Shown in pieces: positions 61,734-64,000 of a DNA stretch of 64,000 nt (positions are counted from its first letter, which is position 1; each line of letters starts with the position of its first letter). The stretch is taken from NCBI GenBank assembly GCA_963771075.1, contig CAVYSE010000019.1:1-64000 (forward strand), read 5' to 3'. The translations under genes were made by a program, and so were the position numbers. A model generated the notes under the pieces. It was not told where the DNA came from. It did not search any database and worked only from the letters and a program-made list of their open reading frames with translations. Origin of the DNA: a candidate division FCPU426 bacterium (GTDB lineage Bacteria > Oederibacteriota > Muellerivitia > Muellerivitales > Muellerivitaceae).

Positions 61734-62698
61734 AAAATCAGTCCTTCTTCTTTCAAGAGCCGTTTGAACTCATTGTGGCCCTTCACTTCCTCCGGGCCGT
61801 ACTCGTACCGGATATTCTTTTCGAGATATTCCTTGGCCTGGTTGCGGTGGAACACCCAGATGCCGGAGTAACCGTCGACGATCTCCTGGTAATGTTTCAC
61901 GCCCTCGTTGCGGCAGGCCAGTAGGTCTTGCTCGATTTCTCGGGCGACCGGCACGGATTGGGTCATCCAGGCGGCGAACACAAATGGCTTTTGGGTGCGC
62001 AGGTACCACTCCTCGCCCAAATCGGTCACGGTCATGCCCGATGGCGCTGATTCCAGGGCGATGTCCCCGAATTGGAGGACCACTTCCCAGGGTTTGACCT
62101 GGCCTGGATTGAAATGTTCCATATCCACCGGAACCACCTTCAGATCCCTGACCCCATACCATTTTTTCAGGATCAAGCGGGAGAGCAATACCGACGTTTC
62201 AGACCGGTCATCCACATAAAGCCTTTGGGTCTTCCCCAACGGATCGTTGGAGAGCAGACGCACGCTTCTGACGGGCCCTTTGCAACCCACCGCGGCCACG
62301 GGAACAATCTGCAGGCTGGGATCTTTCACCCAGGCCCCGATGGGGGCGATAGCCACATCCAACCGCCCTTCCTTCAAAAGCTTGGCCATCTGGTTGGGCG
62401 CCACCTCAACGACCTTGTGGTGCTTGGCCATGTCCCATGCAAGGGGTTGCACATTCAGGAAGTGGTAAACCCCGATGCGCATGGGTTTGGACGTGAACTT
62501 CACCGGCACCGCGGGTTTAGGCGTTGGTGCGGGGGCCATTGCCGGGGTCGGGGCGGCTGCGGGTTTGGGAATTGGGGCGACAGCGGGCGGGGCAAGGGGT
62601 GCCGCTGGGGCGGAAGCGGCTGCCGCTGGGGTTGCCGATTTTTCCCCTGAGGGGGTAACGCTCGGCGCCGGGGTGGAATTCGCGGGTGTTTCGCTCAT
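61730..62698 (-). CDS. mqnA: Chorismate dehydratase MqnA with Pro/Ala-rich N-terminal extension
   Basis: LNVQPL, G.V.SV.L, S.TS..L, GD.AL, DLGEEW...T.KPFVFAAW; lies between mqnE and mqnC. Confidence 0.88.
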   Translation of the reverse strand: MSETPANSTPAPSVTPSGEKSATPAAAASAPAAPLAPPAVAPIPKPAAAPTPAMAPAPTPKPAVPVKFTSKPMRIGVYHFLNVQPLAWDMAKHHKVVEVAPNQMAKLLKEGRLDVAIAPIGAWVKDPSLQIVPVAAVGCKGPVRSVRLLSNDPLGKTQRLYVDDRSETSVLLSRLILKKWYGVRDLKVVPVDMEHFNPGQVKPWEVVLQFGDIALESAPSGMTVTDLGEEWYLRTQKPFVFAAWMTQSVPVAREIEQDLLACRNEGVKHYQEIVDGYSGIWVFHRNQAKEYLEKNIRYEYGPEEVKGHNEFKRLLKEEGLIF

Positions 62699-62724
62699 GG
62701 TTTTTCCTTTATTCTAATCGCCTG

Positions 62725-63849
62725 TTAACCGACCGACGCGGCGACGGATTGGGGTTTCAATTCCTTGTAAAGCGTATCCCGCTCCACTGGAATCCTACCC
62801 GCCTCACGTATCAGGTTACGCAACTGGGTGACCGTCATCACCTCGGGTGTTTCGGACCCAGCCATGTGGTAAATCTTTTCTTCGATCACGGTACCGTCGA
62901 TGTCATCCACGCCATAGGAAAGGGACAGTTGGGCTAACCTCGCGCCCAGGGTAATCCAATAAGCCTTGATATGAGGAAAGTTATCGAGGTAAACCCGGCC
63001 CACGGCCAGGGTTTTAAGGTCTTCCAATCCGCTGGGACGGGCAAACTGGTCCATGGCGGTATGGTCGGGGTGGAAGGCGAGGGGGATAAAGGTCTGGAAG
63101 CCGCCCGTCTCGTCCTGAAGTTCCCTTAAACGCCGCATGTGGTCCACGCGATGGTGGTATTTCTCAATGTGGCCGAAAAGCATGGTGGCGTTGGTACGCA
63201 GGCCCAACTGATGGGCGGCCCGGTGGATCTTGATCCACTCCTCCGCGTCGGCCTTACCGGGGCAAATTTGCTCCCGAACCTCGGGATGGAAGATTTCCGC
63301 GCCCCCTCCGGGCATGGAATCCAACCCCGCGTCTTTCAGGGCCGAAAGCACCTCATGGTAGCTCATGTTGAACTTATTGGCGAAATAGTAGATCTCGACG
63401 GCGGTGAAGCACTTCAAATGGACGGAAGGAATCTCTTTTTTCAGCGTCCGAAGCAGGGTCAGATACCAATCCAACTCGTACTTGGGGTGCAAGCCTCCGA
63501 CGATATGGAGTTCGGTGATATGTTCCTTCTCGAAAGCCGACTTGCCCTTTTCCAAAATTTGCTGGAGGGTGAACTCGAAAGCGCCATCCTCCCCCTCGAA
63601 ACGGGAAAAGGCGCAGAATTTACAGGTGGTGTCGCAGACGTTGGTGTAATCGATGTGGCGGTTGATGTTGTAGTAGGTGAAATTGCCGTTCTTGCGTTCC
63701 CGGACGAGGTTGGCCATGGCCCCCAGGAGGTATAGGTCGTTCGTCTCAAAGAGCCGGAGGGCGTCCGCGTCGGTCAGGCGGGTGCCCGCCTCGACTTTCT
63801 CGTAAAGGTCCTTGACCGGCGACTGCTTCAGGCGATGTTTCAAAACCAC
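62725..63849 (-). CDS. mqnE: Aminofutalosine synthase
   Basis: TNVC...CKFCAF radical SAM motif, ELHIVGGLHP, K.FTAVEI, PGGGAEIF, HIKAYW, GTVIEEKIYHMAG. Confidence 0.93.
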   Translation of the reverse strand: MVLKHRLKQSPVKDLYEKVEAGTRLTDADALRLFETNDLYLLGAMANLVRERKNGNFTYYNINRHIDYTNVCDTTCKFCAFSRFEGEDGAFEFTLQQILEKGKSAFEKEHITELHIVGGLHPKYELDWYLTLLRTLKKEIPSVHLKCFTAVEIYYFANKFNMSYHEVLSALKDAGLDSMPGGGAEIFHPEVREQICPGKADAEEWIKIHRAAHQLGLRTNATMLFGHIEKYHHRVDHMRRLRELQDETGGFQTFIPLAFHPDHTAMDQFARPSGLEDLKTLAVGRVYLDNFPHIKAYWITLGARLAQLSLSYGVDDIDGTVIEEKIYHMAGSETPEVMTVTQLRNLIREAGRIPVERDTLYKELKPQSVAASVG

Positions 63850-64000
63850 AAAGTGACTCCCACAACCAGGAAGTAGAGAACGGCGATCCAGCCGTTGTAA
63901 CCCATCATGGCGGGGGAAAGACTGAACCGGATGTCTCCCCCATCCTTTTCAAGCCGGTAGGCCAGGCGGTGCTGGACCAAAAGAACAAAGCCAACCAGGG
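63840..64000 (-). CDS. C-terminus of a UbiA-family prenyltransferase (partial)
   Basis: Hand translation LVGFVLLVQHRLAY...AMMGYNGWIAVLYFLVVGVTLWF*; overlaps the mqnE start. Confidence 0.6.
   Translation of the reverse strand, partial: LVGFVLLVQHRLAYRLEKDGGDIRFSLSPAMMGYNGWIAVLYFLVVGVTLWF

Noticed and set aside
1..64000. Prophage, IS, integron or defence island; alternative genetic code
   Set aside because: No integrase, transposase, phage or defence genes recognised. Conserved genes end at standard stops and the breaks are frame changes, not in-frame stops.

Overview
A ~57%-GC-looking (estimated by eye) chromosomal window from a diderm bacterium (LolA, GT9 heptosyltransferase-like gene, outer-membrane barrel). 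Most genes are on the minus strand. Housekeeping content: partial tRNA (probably Thr), yebC-ruvC-orf-ruvA, tyrS, PBP1A, glyQ-glyS-ppdK, csp, an Rrf2-led sufBCDSUT operon with an IscR-like box, recO, ftsK-lolA-rodZ-yajQ, gatCAB, pcrA/uvrD, rplM-rpsI, speE, queF and futalosine menaquinone genes (ubiA-like, mqnE, mqnA, mqnC). Polysaccharide-related genes are scattered (tandem CBM11-like protein, GH9, GH2). About 14 apparent single-base frameshifts, 13 of them between 22.2 and 38.3 kb, look like long-read consensus errors rather than real pseudogenes. I saw no CRISPR array, transposase, integrase or prophage. The most unusual signals are: (1) a dispersed family of inverted 7/8/9-mer tandem-repeat elements at gene junctions, two of which now encode N-terminal peptides of SufS and LolA; (2) a highly structured element with alternative pairings upstream of the tRNA; (3) several apparently degenerate proteins (cysteine-less zinc-finger repeats, HAD and MogA with altered motifs, HTH-less LacI, a glycan-active protein lacking its catalytic core). 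All family calls are by visual motif recognition; no database searches were run.
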